Source: an uncultured Planctomycetaceae bacterium (GTDB taxonomy: Bacteria > Planctomycetota > Planctomycetia > Planctomycetales > Planctomycetaceae). From it: a stretch of 64,000 bases of DNA. Location: positions 160,001 through 224,000 of the forward strand of contig CAWFGE010000015.1 of the NCBI GenBank assembly GCA_963815195.1. The letters run 5' to 3'. Below are positions 54,869-64,000 of this stretch, in pieces. Numbering within the stretch: the stretch's first letter is position 1; the number at the start of each line of letters is the position of its first letter. Made by a program: the position numbers and the translations under genes. The notes under the pieces are model-generated. The model saw only the letters and a list, made by a program, of their open reading frames with translations. It was not told where the DNA came from and made no database searches.

Positions 54869-57334
54869 CTACGGAGCCTCCGGCGGGATCCAGGCGTCGA
54901 CGGTCCATTGGTCGATGTTTTGATAAGTATGCATCGCGTCCCGGCGGTAGCCGTCGAGGTGTTTGCGGAACACGGCGTACTCGTCCACTTCCCATAAGGG
55001 AATCGTTTGCACTTCCGCCCAAAGCAGGCGATGCAGACGCTTGAGATGGGCGCCCGCGGCTTTCCAATCGTTTTGGGTATCCAGTTCGATGAGCGCCTGC
55101 CGGAGCCAATCGGGAAGATAATCCAAGTCGGCGATGCGGGCGCGGGGCTGCATGGTGAGGAACGGCCAAAGCTCGGTGAGCGGCTCGGACATGACGACCG
55201 TGCGGTAGGCAATGTCCCAATCCTCCGAATCCCGCGCCACGGGTTGGCCGGTGTTGTTCAAGAGCTGAACGTTGATGCCCACCCGCTTCCACTCGGCGAT
55301 CATTTTATTCGCCGCCGCTACGATCGTGGGATCGGGATCGCAAACCATTTTGAGCGTGGGGATCGGCCCGCCCAAGGCTTTCTGGGACGCCAACCGCAGC
55401 GAGACGGATGTCGTCAAATCATAAGACCGCGGCTCGATCGTGCCGTTGTAGGCGTAGTTGCTTTTGGAAAAGGGAGCCGTGACCAACCGGGCGTGCCGGG
55501 CGTCGGCTCCTTTGAGGATGTCTTCGTAGAGGATCCGCTCGCGGTTGATCGCGTGCGAGATCGCCCGGCGGAATTCGCGGTTTCTGAGGGCTTTGGTCTT
55601 GGGGTTAAACTGCAGGACATGCACGCGCGGGACGCCGGCTTTCATCACGAAGAACTTGTTCGATTGGATCAGCGGATCGACGTGCCAAATCCGCGCGCGG
55701 GCGATCATGTCGATCTTGCCCCGGAGCAGATCCCGGATCGCCTCCTCGTGCGATTCGTACTTGTGTTCCTCGACTTCGGCGACGTGAAATTCGGTGCTCG
55801 CGTCCGGTTCGGGGATCGCCCGGCGGTAGCGGACGAGGTTCTCGGTCCGTTCCACGGGACGAAACCGCTCGCTGAACAGGTCGGCCATTTCTTCCGGCCC
55901 TTCGTAATTTTTCGCGTCGAAAGCGGTCCGCCTCAAGGGAAAATTGAGAAGTGCTTCCGTGCGGAGCGGCACGCGGGAGAATCGCACTTCCAAATGCAAA
56001 GGCGAAGCGACCTTGATGGATTCCACATAACTCGCAAGCCGTTCGTCGTAGAGCGGATGTTCGGGATCGAGCAGTTGGTCGAAGGTGTTGACGATGTCGG
56101 TGGCCGTGGCTTCGGGGCGGGCTTCCCAAGAGAACCGGCCGGGCCGGAGCCGGAAGATCGCCTCGCGTCCCAAGTCCTCGGGCTGCCATTGCTCGAAATA
56201 TGGCGTGCGGTAGACGGGCGAGCGGGGCGCCTGGCTGACGGAAAACAGCGTGGACCTTAAGAGATATTCTTCGCGCACGTCGGCGGCGGTCGGCAGGAAG
56301 AACTCCGTCGGTTCGCGGGGCAGTTGCATCACGCCCACGTGCAGCCGCTGAAACCGCCGCCAGGCTTTCGTGAAAAAGGCCCGGAGGCCCGGCGCGTCGG
56401 GCCAAATGCGGATCGCGTTCTCGGCGAGCGTCGCGGCCACGTCGTGTTTTCCTTCGGCGGTCGCGGCCTCGCCTTTTTTCATCAGCTCGGCCGCGCGCTG
56501 CTCCAGGTCGGTTTCCCATTTCTTGACGATCTCGTGCGTTTTTTCCCGTTGCCGGAGCCGGCCCAAATAATGCCTCGCCCGCCGATAATCCTGGGCGCCG
56601 ACCGCGGCGGAAATCAGCGTGTCCACGACTTCGCCCATCCGCTGTTTCAGTTCGGGATAATCCGGCTTTCGGTCGTGAAGCTGCTCATAAAACACGAGCG
56701 CGGACTCGGCGTCTTTCTTTTTGCGAAAGCCCTCGGCTTCCATGAACAACAAATGGTTTTTGCGGTCGTCCAGGCCCGGCCAATCGGGAAGCCGGCGTTC
56801 CAGTTGATACAGCAGCTCGAACGCCTGCCTTTGTTCGTCCGCTTCCACGAGCAAATCCACCCGGCGGAGCAAGAGTTCCTCGTGGTAAATGATCTCTTCG
56901 ACTTTTTTGGTCTCCAGGCGGAACTCGGGCGCGTCCCCGCCGCCGGGCAACACGACGTTGAGGTAGTTCAGCTTAATCCGCTCGTTCCGCCACTTTTCCA
57001 ACTCGGCCATCCCGACGGGACGGTTCTTGTTCATCTCTTCGATTTTTTGCTCGAGTTTCTTGAGCGTGTCCGGGCGGGGAAAAAGCGGCTCGGTGACGAT
57101 GACCTCGTCCGTGTTCTTGAGCCGAATCCAATCCACCGGCGGTTCGAGGAGCAACTGCTTGACGGTGGGGACCTGCATGTCCTCGTACTTGGGCAGTTCG
57201 TCGCCGTCGTCCGCCGGCGGTTTTTCCTCCGGTTTCGAGTCGGCCGGTTTGGCGGGCGGCTGTTGTGCTGTCACATCGGTCAGCAGACCGGAGCTGACCA
57301 GCAGCGCGAATATGACAAAACGCGGAAGAGACAT
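54869..57334 (-). CDS. Exported TPR + family-5-like solute-binding protein
   Basis: Signal peptide; helical TPR-like N-half; FRLRPG.FSW...TATDI, FRRAISHAINRERI, IPLW in the C-half. Confidence 0.75.
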   Translation of the reverse strand: MSLPRFVIFALLVSSGLLTDVTAQQPPAKPADSKPEEKPPADDGDELPKYEDMQVPTVKQLLLEPPVDWIRLKNTDEVIVTEPLFPRPDTLKKLEQKIEEMNKNRPVGMAELEKWRNERIKLNYLNVVLPGGGDAPEFRLETKKVEEIIYHEELLLRRVDLLVEADEQRQAFELLYQLERRLPDWPGLDDRKNHLLFMEAEGFRKKKDAESALVFYEQLHDRKPDYPELKQRMGEVVDTLISAAVGAQDYRRARHYLGRLRQREKTHEIVKKWETDLEQRAAELMKKGEAATAEGKHDVAATLAENAIRIWPDAPGLRAFFTKAWRRFQRLHVGVMQLPREPTEFFLPTAADVREEYLLRSTLFSVSQAPRSPVYRTPYFEQWQPEDLGREAIFRLRPGRFSWEARPEATATDIVNTFDQLLDPEHPLYDERLASYVESIKVASPLHLEVRFSRVPLRTEALLNFPLRRTAFDAKNYEGPEEMADLFSERFRPVERTENLVRYRRAIPEPDASTEFHVAEVEEHKYESHEEAIRDLLRGKIDMIARARIWHVDPLIQSNKFFVMKAGVPRVHVLQFNPKTKALRNREFRRAISHAINRERILYEDILKGADARHARLVTAPFSKSNYAYNGTIEPRSYDLTTSVSLRLASQKALGGPIPTLKMVCDPDPTIVAAANKMIAEWKRVGINVQLLNNTGQPVARDSEDWDIAYRTVVMSEPLTELWPFLTMQPRARIADLDYLPDWLRQALIELDTQNDWKAAGAHLKRLHRLLWAEVQTIPLWEVDEYAVFRKHLDGYRRDAMHTYQNIDQWTVDAWIPPEAP

Positions 57335-57380
57335 TGCATCCGTCCTCGAACTTGTTTCAGTTTTGCGCCACAGCCGCCGA

Positions 57381-60300
57381 TCAGCCGCCGGGGAGCAGGT
57401 TTTCCAGTTGATACACGCTGCCGTCGATGCTGGGAGCGAGGATGTAGTCTCCGAAGACCAAGGGGGTCCCGTCGAGAGCCTGGCGGACGGAGGCCTGGTT
57501 TTGCACGTTGCCTGTGCCCGCATCCACGGTCAGCACCTCTCCGTTTTGCTTGGCGACGAGCAGCATCGGCCCCAAGGACAAGGGCGAACCCGCGAGACCG
57601 CTTCCGCCCAGCGACAGCGACCAGAGTTTTTTGGGTTCCGGGGAGATTTCGTACGCGGTGAGTTCCCTGCGGTCGGTCTCCACGAAAAGCCGGCCTTCCA
57701 CCATCCACAAGGCGTTCGTCACATTGCCGTCGAGGTCCGTGCTGCCCAGCGGCTGAAAGGTTTGCCCGTCGAGCACGTGCAGTTTCCGGTCGGCGTCGGC
57801 GAGGACGACCACGCCCTCAAACACGGCAAACGGCACGTTCACCGGGGCTTTGAGATCCAGCTTGCGGGCCTCGAACAAATGGCTCACCGGATCGGTGCGA
57901 AACTGAATTCGCAGCAAAGCATTGGCGCTATTCACCGCGATGAGTTGGTCGTCGTCCAATGGCGCCAAATGGATCCACCGCGGCGGCCGCTGGCTTTTGG
58001 GCGGGTTGACGGTGATTTTTTGGGTGTAATCATCGACCCGCGGACCGCCGGGTTTGACCGGGATGTACCGCAGCCGGCCTTCCATCGGCAGCACCATGCC
58101 GCCGTGCATCGCGACGGGTTTCGCTTCGAGGGCCGCGGGGATGTCGAAGCCCCGCTCCAGTTGCCCGGCGGGCGTGGTGAACCAGACCCTGGGCTCCTTG
58201 CCGCCGGCGTAGGCGAATAGCGAACCGCTTTCGAGCGGCACCGCGCCCAAGGGGGAATCCAACTCCGGCGGCAGGTTGAGCGTGACCGAGGGCGTCTGCT
58301 CGAATCGCGGCGGCCTGTTTGCAGCGGCCAGTTCGGACTTCGGCAAGCGGTACACGTGGCCGTCTTCGTTGACCAGAATCAAATTGTCGCCCGCGCCGCT
58401 CCAGGCCAACACCCGGGATCCCATCGTCAGGCCCCAGTTGCTTTTGAGCGTCTCCAGATGAATCTGCGTCAAAAGCGACGAACTGGAATACGGACGGTGC
58501 CGGGCGATAAACAGGTTGTCGCCCAATTGCTGAAGCGGCTGCGCAGAGACGCCGGGGGCCAAGGGTTCGCCCACCAGGTCGAGGATGCCGGAGTTGTTCG
58601 CCATCCGCCGCAGCGCGCTGGTCGCGATCCAGAGTTGGCCTTCCAAGGCGAACAGGTTCATCGGTCCTTCTTCATAAGGCGTTTGGAGTTCGTTCGTGTT
58701 GAGGTAGGTGATGGGAGGCTGGTCGGGGTTGTCGGAGACGGCAAAGACCGAAAACCGCTCGCCGCTCGAAGGCACGTAAAGCTGATTGCCCCTGAGCACC
58801 GGCTTGTCGCGGACTTGCCCTGCCAGGCGGTGGCTCGCGACCTGCACGATTTGCTTTTCCGGCTCGGCCATGCTGAAGACGCGAAGGAGGCTGCTGTCGC
58901 TTTGGTCGTTTTCCGCGAGGAGGATCAGCGAGCCCATGCCGACGAGCGGAGCATCCACGGACGAAGTCGCGGGGCCGTTCACGGTGCCGCGCTTGTGACC
59001 GACGTGGCTCACGGCGACGCAGGCGAACTCCTGAAGCGCGACCGTGTAGACCAGCTCGCGATCGCCGACCGCGATCAGATGTTGCCCCTTGGGCGCGGCG
59101 ATGGGCGGGGAAAGCAAGGGCTGCGAAAAGTGGAGCACTCCCGTCACCCGGCCGGTTTCCAGGTCGATTTTATACAGCCGATCGCTCGTAGTCGCCAGGT
59201 AGATTTGCCCGCCTTCGATCAACGGGGCCCCGGCGGCGGAATCGTTCAAAGGCAGCCGCCAGAGCAGCTTGCCCGAACGCTCTTCCAGAGCCGTCAGCTC
59301 CCGCCGGTTCGTGTCGAACACCAGGACGCCCGGCGTCGCGGTGGCGATGGGGATCGGGAAAAACGGCGAGTCCAAACCGATGCACCGCCGCCAAACGGGC
59401 GCCCCCGTCGCGCTGTCCACGCCGTAACAACATCCCTTGGCGATGCCGAAGACCGTGCGGAACTCGGATTCCTGATCGCTCCGCGTGCGGGTGTGCGTGA
59501 GGAAGGACACCGGTGCCGGCACCGGCGACGCGTGATCCTCGGTCAACGGAGCCAATTCCAACTTTTCCGCCGTGACCAGCGATTTTTCGGTGTCCAACGT
59601 TTTCTGCAAGAGGGCCTGGATCTTGCGGTTGGTTTGGACGTCGGGATAGCGGGCGAGCAGTTCCTCGCGAAGATGCAGGGCTTCCAAAGTCTTGGGCGGA
59701 GCAGCGGCGAGGGCTTTTTCGATCCGGGCGACGGCCGCATCGTAGGTTTCCTGCTTGACGACGGCGTCCCGGGCTGCGACCAATAGCCGGCCCACCTGGT
59801 CCGCGAATTCCTTCGTTTCGGGACTTTGCGGAGTGAGCCGCTGATAGATCAACAGCGCCTGGGCGCGATCTCGAGCAGCGACCGCTCGCGGAGCTGGGCC
59901 GCGGTCTTGGCCGAGCCCGTGGCGATTTCGCGGGAATACTTCCGCAAATCGTCTTTGACGTTTTCGTATTCCTCCTCGTCCTTGAAGTCGCGGATAAAAT
60001 TCTGGAGTTCCTTCAAACCGTTCGGCCAATCGGGGGCGGCCCCGGAGATGTGCTTGAGGATCTTCGCCTTGCCCTCGCCGATCCGCGCCTTGGGCAACAG
60101 CTTGTGCGTGGGATACACGTTCTCGAAATCTTGAAACAGCAATATCGCCTGGGCATACCGGCCTTCATCGAGCGCGGACTGCGCGGTGTCGAAGGCTTTC
60201 TGCGAACTCTGACGGCCGATGATGAACCACAAAATCCCGCCGACCAAAAGCAGCAGCAGCGTGCCGCCGAAGAGTCCCAACACCACCGGCGACTGGAGCA

Positions 60301-60583
60301 CATCCTGCTCGCCGGGCCGCACGGCACGCGGACGCAGCCGCTCTTTGAGTTTTCCCACAGGCGATGGTTTCGGCTGCCCATCTTTATCGGGACCGCCGCG
60401 GCCCTTGCGGCCCCGGTCCTCCTCTTCCCAATCGTCCTCGTCGATCAGATCCTCATCATCCAGGACGACCTCGCCGTCCTCTTCGACGAAATCGTCATCT
60501 TCAAATTCGACGTCATCCTGATAGAGGTCCGCAAACTCTTCCCCCTTTCGGTCGGACGGTCGCTTTTTCGGGTCTTTGGCCAT
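57381..60583 (-). CDS. Membrane-anchored TPR + PQQ-like beta-propeller protein; frameshift at ~59865
   Basis: Acidic N-tail, one TM, AILLFQDFENVYP TPR; repeats DSATGAPVWR, RSGKLLWR, DLETGR, DAGTG. Confidence 0.8.
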
Positions 60584-60645
60584 AATGGGATGTCTCAATT
60601 GTCTAATTAGATCAGCCAGGTTCGTCTGGAAAACACCTGGGAAGT

Positions 60646-61467
60646 TCAATCCTCGCCGCCCTTCGATGCGGCCAGGCGGATTTTTTGCATGCCCGCTCCG
60701 GTGGCGGCGTCGAAAACGGCGACGAATGTCTCGTGCCGGCATTTGGGGCTGGCTTGAATTACGAGTTCGTTCTTCTGCTCGGTCCGCAGTTTGTCGCCGA
60801 AGATGTCTTCGAGCTGCGACGGATCGCTGACGGGCTCGTCATCCACGAAAACCCCGTCCTGCTCGTCGATCCGCACCATGATCGAAGTCATCTCCAGCTC
60901 TTCCAGGTTCTGGATCGTCTGCGCCCCTTTGCTTTCCGGATCGGGCGCGGGCGTCTCGATGGCTTTCGTCATGCTGAAGGAGGCGGTGATCATGAAAAAG
61001 ATCAACAGCAGAAACGTGACATCGACCATCGGCGTCAGGTCCATCTCCTCGAGTTCGGTCTCCGCCTTCCGCATCGAGAATTCCTCTTCCTCGTCTTCTT
61101 GCGGACGTTTAGGAAAGATCCGCTCCGGACGCGGCGGCGGCTCGATCGGCCGTTCCTCGGGCGTCAATTCGGGAGCCGTCTCTTCCAGGATCCTTGGGGG
61201 CCTCTCGCGAAACTCCCGTGTCGGGGCCCAGGCCTTTTCCTCGGCGTCCAAGTCGTGAGCCGGCAGCTCGCGGGTCGGAGGCAGGGGCTTTCGTTTCTGT
61301 TCCGGTTGGAGCGGGGCGGCTTCCTCTTCGTCCGTCACCACCTTGGCTTCGGGAATGGGCACAATGATGTCCCGCTCGCACTTGGGGCAGCGAATCGTCG
61401 TGCCCGCTTTGCGCGTGCTCACGCTCAACTTCTGCTGACAACGGCTGCAGCGAAACAATAAGGGCAT
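60646..61467 (-). CDS. exbD: ExbD/TolR protein with N-terminal zinc ribbon
   Basis: CSRC...CPKC, Pro/Glu linker, MDLTPMVDVTFLLLIFFMIT. Confidence 0.88.
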   Translation of the reverse strand: MPLLFRCSRCQQKLSVSTRKAGTTIRCPKCERDIIVPIPEAKVVTDEEEAAPLQPEQKRKPLPPTRELPAHDLDAEEKAWAPTREFRERPPRILEETAPELTPEERPIEPPPRPERIFPKRPQEDEEEEFSMRKAETELEEMDLTPMVDVTFLLLIFFMITASFSMTKAIETPAPDPESKGAQTIQNLEELEMTSIMVRIDEQDGVFVDDEPVSDPSQLEDIFGDKLRTEQKNELVIQASPKCRHETFVAVFDAATGAGMQKIRLAASKGGED

Positions 61468-61490
61468 AAACGCCTGCTTCAAATCCAGAG

Positions 61491-61524
61491 GGGGAGACGG
61501 GGAGACAGGGAGACGGGGGGACGG
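61491..61524. repeat. Short 8-mer tandem repeat (GGGGAGAC-like, x4)
   Basis: ggggagac-ggggagac-agggagac-ggggggac; a comparable CTCTCCG heptamer run lies at ~25821-25849. Confidence 0.7.
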
Positions 61525-61608
61525 ATCGTTCCGCAACGCCCATCCAGCTTTCTATCCGGCATCTTCGACCTCAATCAAAAATCAAAAAATCGATTCATCT
61601 GCAAAAGG

Positions 61609-61688
61609 TGAACGGTACGGCGCAAGCCGCCGGCCTTGACTTTGGGAATATCACTTCATCGAAACCGGAGGCTAGCGCCTACCGCTCA
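61609..61688. repeat. REP-like inverted pair (family A, diverged)
   Basis: TGAACGGTACGGCGCAAGCCGCCGG / CCGGAGGCTAGCGCCTACCGCTCA. Confidence 0.8.
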
Positions 61689-61701
61689 GTTTTCGTGGTC
61701 C

Positions 61702-62160
61702 CTAATTCTGATCGCGGACTTCCATGTCGAATTCGACGCCTTCCACTTCGTTGGCTTTCCGCATGACTTCCAGGATCACGCCGTGGTGCACGTCGCGGTC
61801 CGCTTTCAAGATCACCCGCTTCTTTCCTTTGGCGATCCCCGCTTCCACGTCGGCCTTCACATCCTCCAGCGTGCCTTCTTTGCCGTCGCTCAAGATGACC
61901 GTCGGCGGGCCGTCGGGATCTTCCGGGCGGTTGATGGTCAGAATGGTCGCGGTGCTGGAATCCACTTTCGCCCCGTGCTTGGCGGGCGGGACGTCGAGTT
62001 CCCGCTTGCTCTGCATGGTGGACGTGACCATGAAGAAAATCAAAAGCAGAAACACGACATCGATCATGGGCGTGATGTCGAGATCCGCTTCCGAGTCGCC
62101 CCGCTTTTTGTTGGCGAGGTTGTCTTCGTCGCCGCCGAACGATGTGCTGTGCCGTTTCAC
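61702..62160 (-). CDS. exbD: ExbD/TolR biopolymer transport protein
   Basis: LDITPMIDVVFLLLIFFMVT, ILKADRDV. Confidence 0.92.
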   Translation of the reverse strand: MKRHSTSFGGDEDNLANKKRGDSEADLDITPMIDVVFLLLIFFMVTSTMQSKRELDVPPAKHGAKVDSSTATILTINRPEDPDGPPTVILSDGKEGTLEDVKADVEAGIAKGKKRVILKADRDVHHGVILEVMRKANEVEGVEFDMEVRDQN

Positions 62161-62843
62161 ACGCGGGCCCTTTCCGCGGGCTGCGCGTACGGGGCGGCCC
62201 CTTCCGTCCTTTGCGTTTCCTCAACGTCTTCGAGGAAAACTCCCAAATCGTGCTGCACCGAGTCCTGCAACTTCCCTATGCGAATGTGAATCAGGTTCCC
62301 CGCCAGCACGAGCGGAATCGCGATGACCAGCCCGAGGGCGGTGGTCAACAGCGCGAAGCTGATGTCGTTGGCGAGCTTGGTCGGATCGGTGCCCCCCGAA
62401 GACGAGGCGATCTTGGCGAAGGCGTTGATCATCCCCAGCACCGTGCCCAACAGCCCCAGCATCGGGGCGCTTTTCACGATGGTCGCAATCCAGGAGGTTC
62501 CATATTCCAGCGACGCGAGGATGTCCCGCTCGAATTTCTCCGCCAGCAGCTTTCTGAGCTTGTTCATCGGGCGGTTCATATTCTGCACGGCGACGAGCAC
62601 CAACTGCGGGACGGCTTTGCTCCAGTAGGTCGGCGAATCGCAGAGGTCGGCGACGGCGTTCAAATCCCGCTGGGCCAGGCTGTCGCGGACATCGTCCAAA
62701 AACTGGTCTGCCGCCGATGCCGACGGAAACCGCTTCTGCCGAATTCGAAACAACAAGAGGATCACCCAAAACATTCCAAACAAGGCCGTCAGACCCATCG
62801 CCACATAAATACCGTTGGCGGCTAATACGAGAATATCGTCCAT
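62157..62843 (-). CDS. exbB: MotA/TolQ/ExbB proton channel
   Basis: APMLGLLGTVLGMINAF, ISFALLTTALGLVIAIP. Confidence 0.93.
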   Translation of the reverse strand: MDDILVLAANGIYVAMGLTALFGMFWVILLLFRIRQKRFPSASAADQFLDDVRDSLAQRDLNAVADLCDSPTYWSKAVPQLVLVAVQNMNRPMNKLRKLLAEKFERDILASLEYGTSWIATIVKSAPMLGLLGTVLGMINAFAKIASSSGGTDPTKLANDISFALLTTALGLVIAIPLVLAGNLIHIRIGKLQDSVQHDLGVFLEDVEETQRTEGAAPYAQPAERARV

Positions 62844-62881
62844 CAGAGGTCCACGTGTCAGGTTCTAGGGAAAGGGAACAG

Positions 62882-63820
62882 CTATTGAAAATACGTTTGG
62901 CGGGTGACGACGAACTTGTAGCCGTCGCCTTCGCGCTCGACGACGAAATAGGTCCGGCGGATTTCTTTCACGGGGCGGTTGCGGTAGCCCACTTCCAGCC
63001 GGGCCAGATTTTGCTCCACGTCGGGAGGATAGAAGTGAAAGATCGTGCCGCGGCGGGCGTCGATGCCGGCTTTTTGAAACAGCTTGATGTCGGCGGCTTT
63101 TCGCCCGCCGCCTTGCCAGGTCATGTAGAGGCGTTTTTCGTTCTTACCGCTGCCCACGACTTTTTGATCGGGCTTCGGCTTGGAGAAGTTCCACACGTAA
63201 AGCAGCCGGCCGTCGGGCGTCAACAACCCGAATTGAATCTTGAAGAAGTCCAACTGCTGGGCATAGGTGTCGATCGTGCCGGAATCGGAAAACCGCACGA
63301 ACCATCGCTGCTCGCGCGGCAGGCCGGCTCCCGGGCCGCCGTTGCCCAGCGGCCGCCCGCCCGTGCCGCTGGCGCTGCCTGTCTTGCCGGTATTAGAGAC
63401 ATCGACGTCAAACTGCTGCGGAGCCTGTGAAGTCGCCTGATCCGACACGTCGATCACGTTGTCCAAGGTCTCCTGCATTTCCGTGATTTCGGACTCCACA
63501 TCCGTCAAGGTGGGATCCTGCGCTGGCGGTTCGGGGGAATCGACTTTCAAGGTTTCGTCGGGGGAACCGTCGAGCGCGCCGCCCGGGATCTCGACAAGTT
63601 CGAGGGCCACGTGGTCTTCCACCGCGGGCTCCAACTGCGAAAGATACAGGAGAAACAGATACACCACGCCGATGATAAGGGCCAACACGATCGCCAGCAT
63701 AAACGCCCGCGCATTGTCGTAGCGGGTCACGCCGAGCACCGGTTCTTTCGCGCGCTGCCGGCCGTTTTTCGACTTGGCGGCTCGTTGGGGCGGGGCGATT
63801 TTCGTGGCCATCGAGTTCAT
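62882..63820 (-). CDS. Single-TM protein with acidic/Gly-rich linker and unknown C-terminal domain (TonB/TolA-like topology)
   Basis: TM at ~aa 40-60, long D/E/P/S/T linker, GSASGTGGRPLGNGGPG, then a globular domain; first gene of the operon. Confidence 0.7.
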   Translation of the reverse strand: MNSMATKIAPPQRAAKSKNGRQRAKEPVLGVTRYDNARAFMLAIVLALIIGVVYLFLLYLSQLEPAVEDHVALELVEIPGGALDGSPDETLKVDSPEPPAQDPTLTDVESEITEMQETLDNVIDVSDQATSQAPQQFDVDVSNTGKTGSASGTGGRPLGNGGPGAGLPREQRWFVRFSDSGTIDTYAQQLDFFKIQFGLLTPDGRLLYVWNFSKPKPDQKVVGSGKNEKRLYMTWQGGGRKAADIKLFQKAGIDARRGTIFHFYPPDVEQNLARLEVGYRNRPVKEIRRTYFVVEREGDGYKFVVTRQTYFQ

Positions 63821-63938
63821 CCCAATCGCAAAAGGCTTGTCAGGAAGAAAGCCCGGGGTCTATTCGACACCTGAGAACGTGAAAGGAGGATTTTGGCGTG
63901 TCCAGAGGATTTGAACAAAATCAGGAATGATTAAATCT

Positions 63939-63967
63939 ATCGTAGGAGGCCGATTCCAGCCTGTCAA
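63939..63967 (-). promoter_or_regulatory. Near-consensus sigma70 promoter of the ExbBD operon
   Basis: TTGACA-17 nt-TACGAT. Confidence 0.7.
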
Positions 63968-64000
63968 CGAAGCTGTTTCCCTGTGGAAAAACCGCATGTT

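Overview
GC-rich bacterial chromosome segment. DUF1559, DUF1501, DUF1549/DUF1553, an LEPR-XLL-type leader and a planctomycete-type ECF sigma factor point to a Planctomycetota (Planctomycetaceae-like) genome. Core and ordinary genes include a hybrid histidine kinase (5'-truncated), thiC, bestrophin, mntH, a USP, two DUF1559+lipoprotein modules, a secreted zinc metalloprotease, MFS transporters, oxidoreductases, an orphan group-3b-like [NiFe]-hydrogenase large subunit with its maturation protease, hisS, a DUF1549-DUF1501-SGNH-PPC operon, glgX and a 7-gene ExbB/ExbD-centred envelope operon. More than a dozen small indels break genes, including essential hisS, so the frameshifts are most likely sequencing or assembly errors. 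The most unusual part is ~17.9-22.3 kb, a mosaic island. It holds an Imm22-like immunity gene in integron-cassette configuration (three co-oriented attC pieces, no integrase), a nucleotidyltransferase TA-like pair, an RHS-repeat fragment, a toxin C-terminal tail with a downstream candidate immunity gene, a second candidate immunity gene, and CusA and IS701 fragments. Four fragment ends abut REP-like palindromes within 0-3 nt. The window carries about seven REP-like families and one sRNA candidate (~12362-12457) defined by a promoter and terminator. I found no tRNA, rRNA or CRISPR array. All family assignments come from motif recognition by eye; no searches were run.
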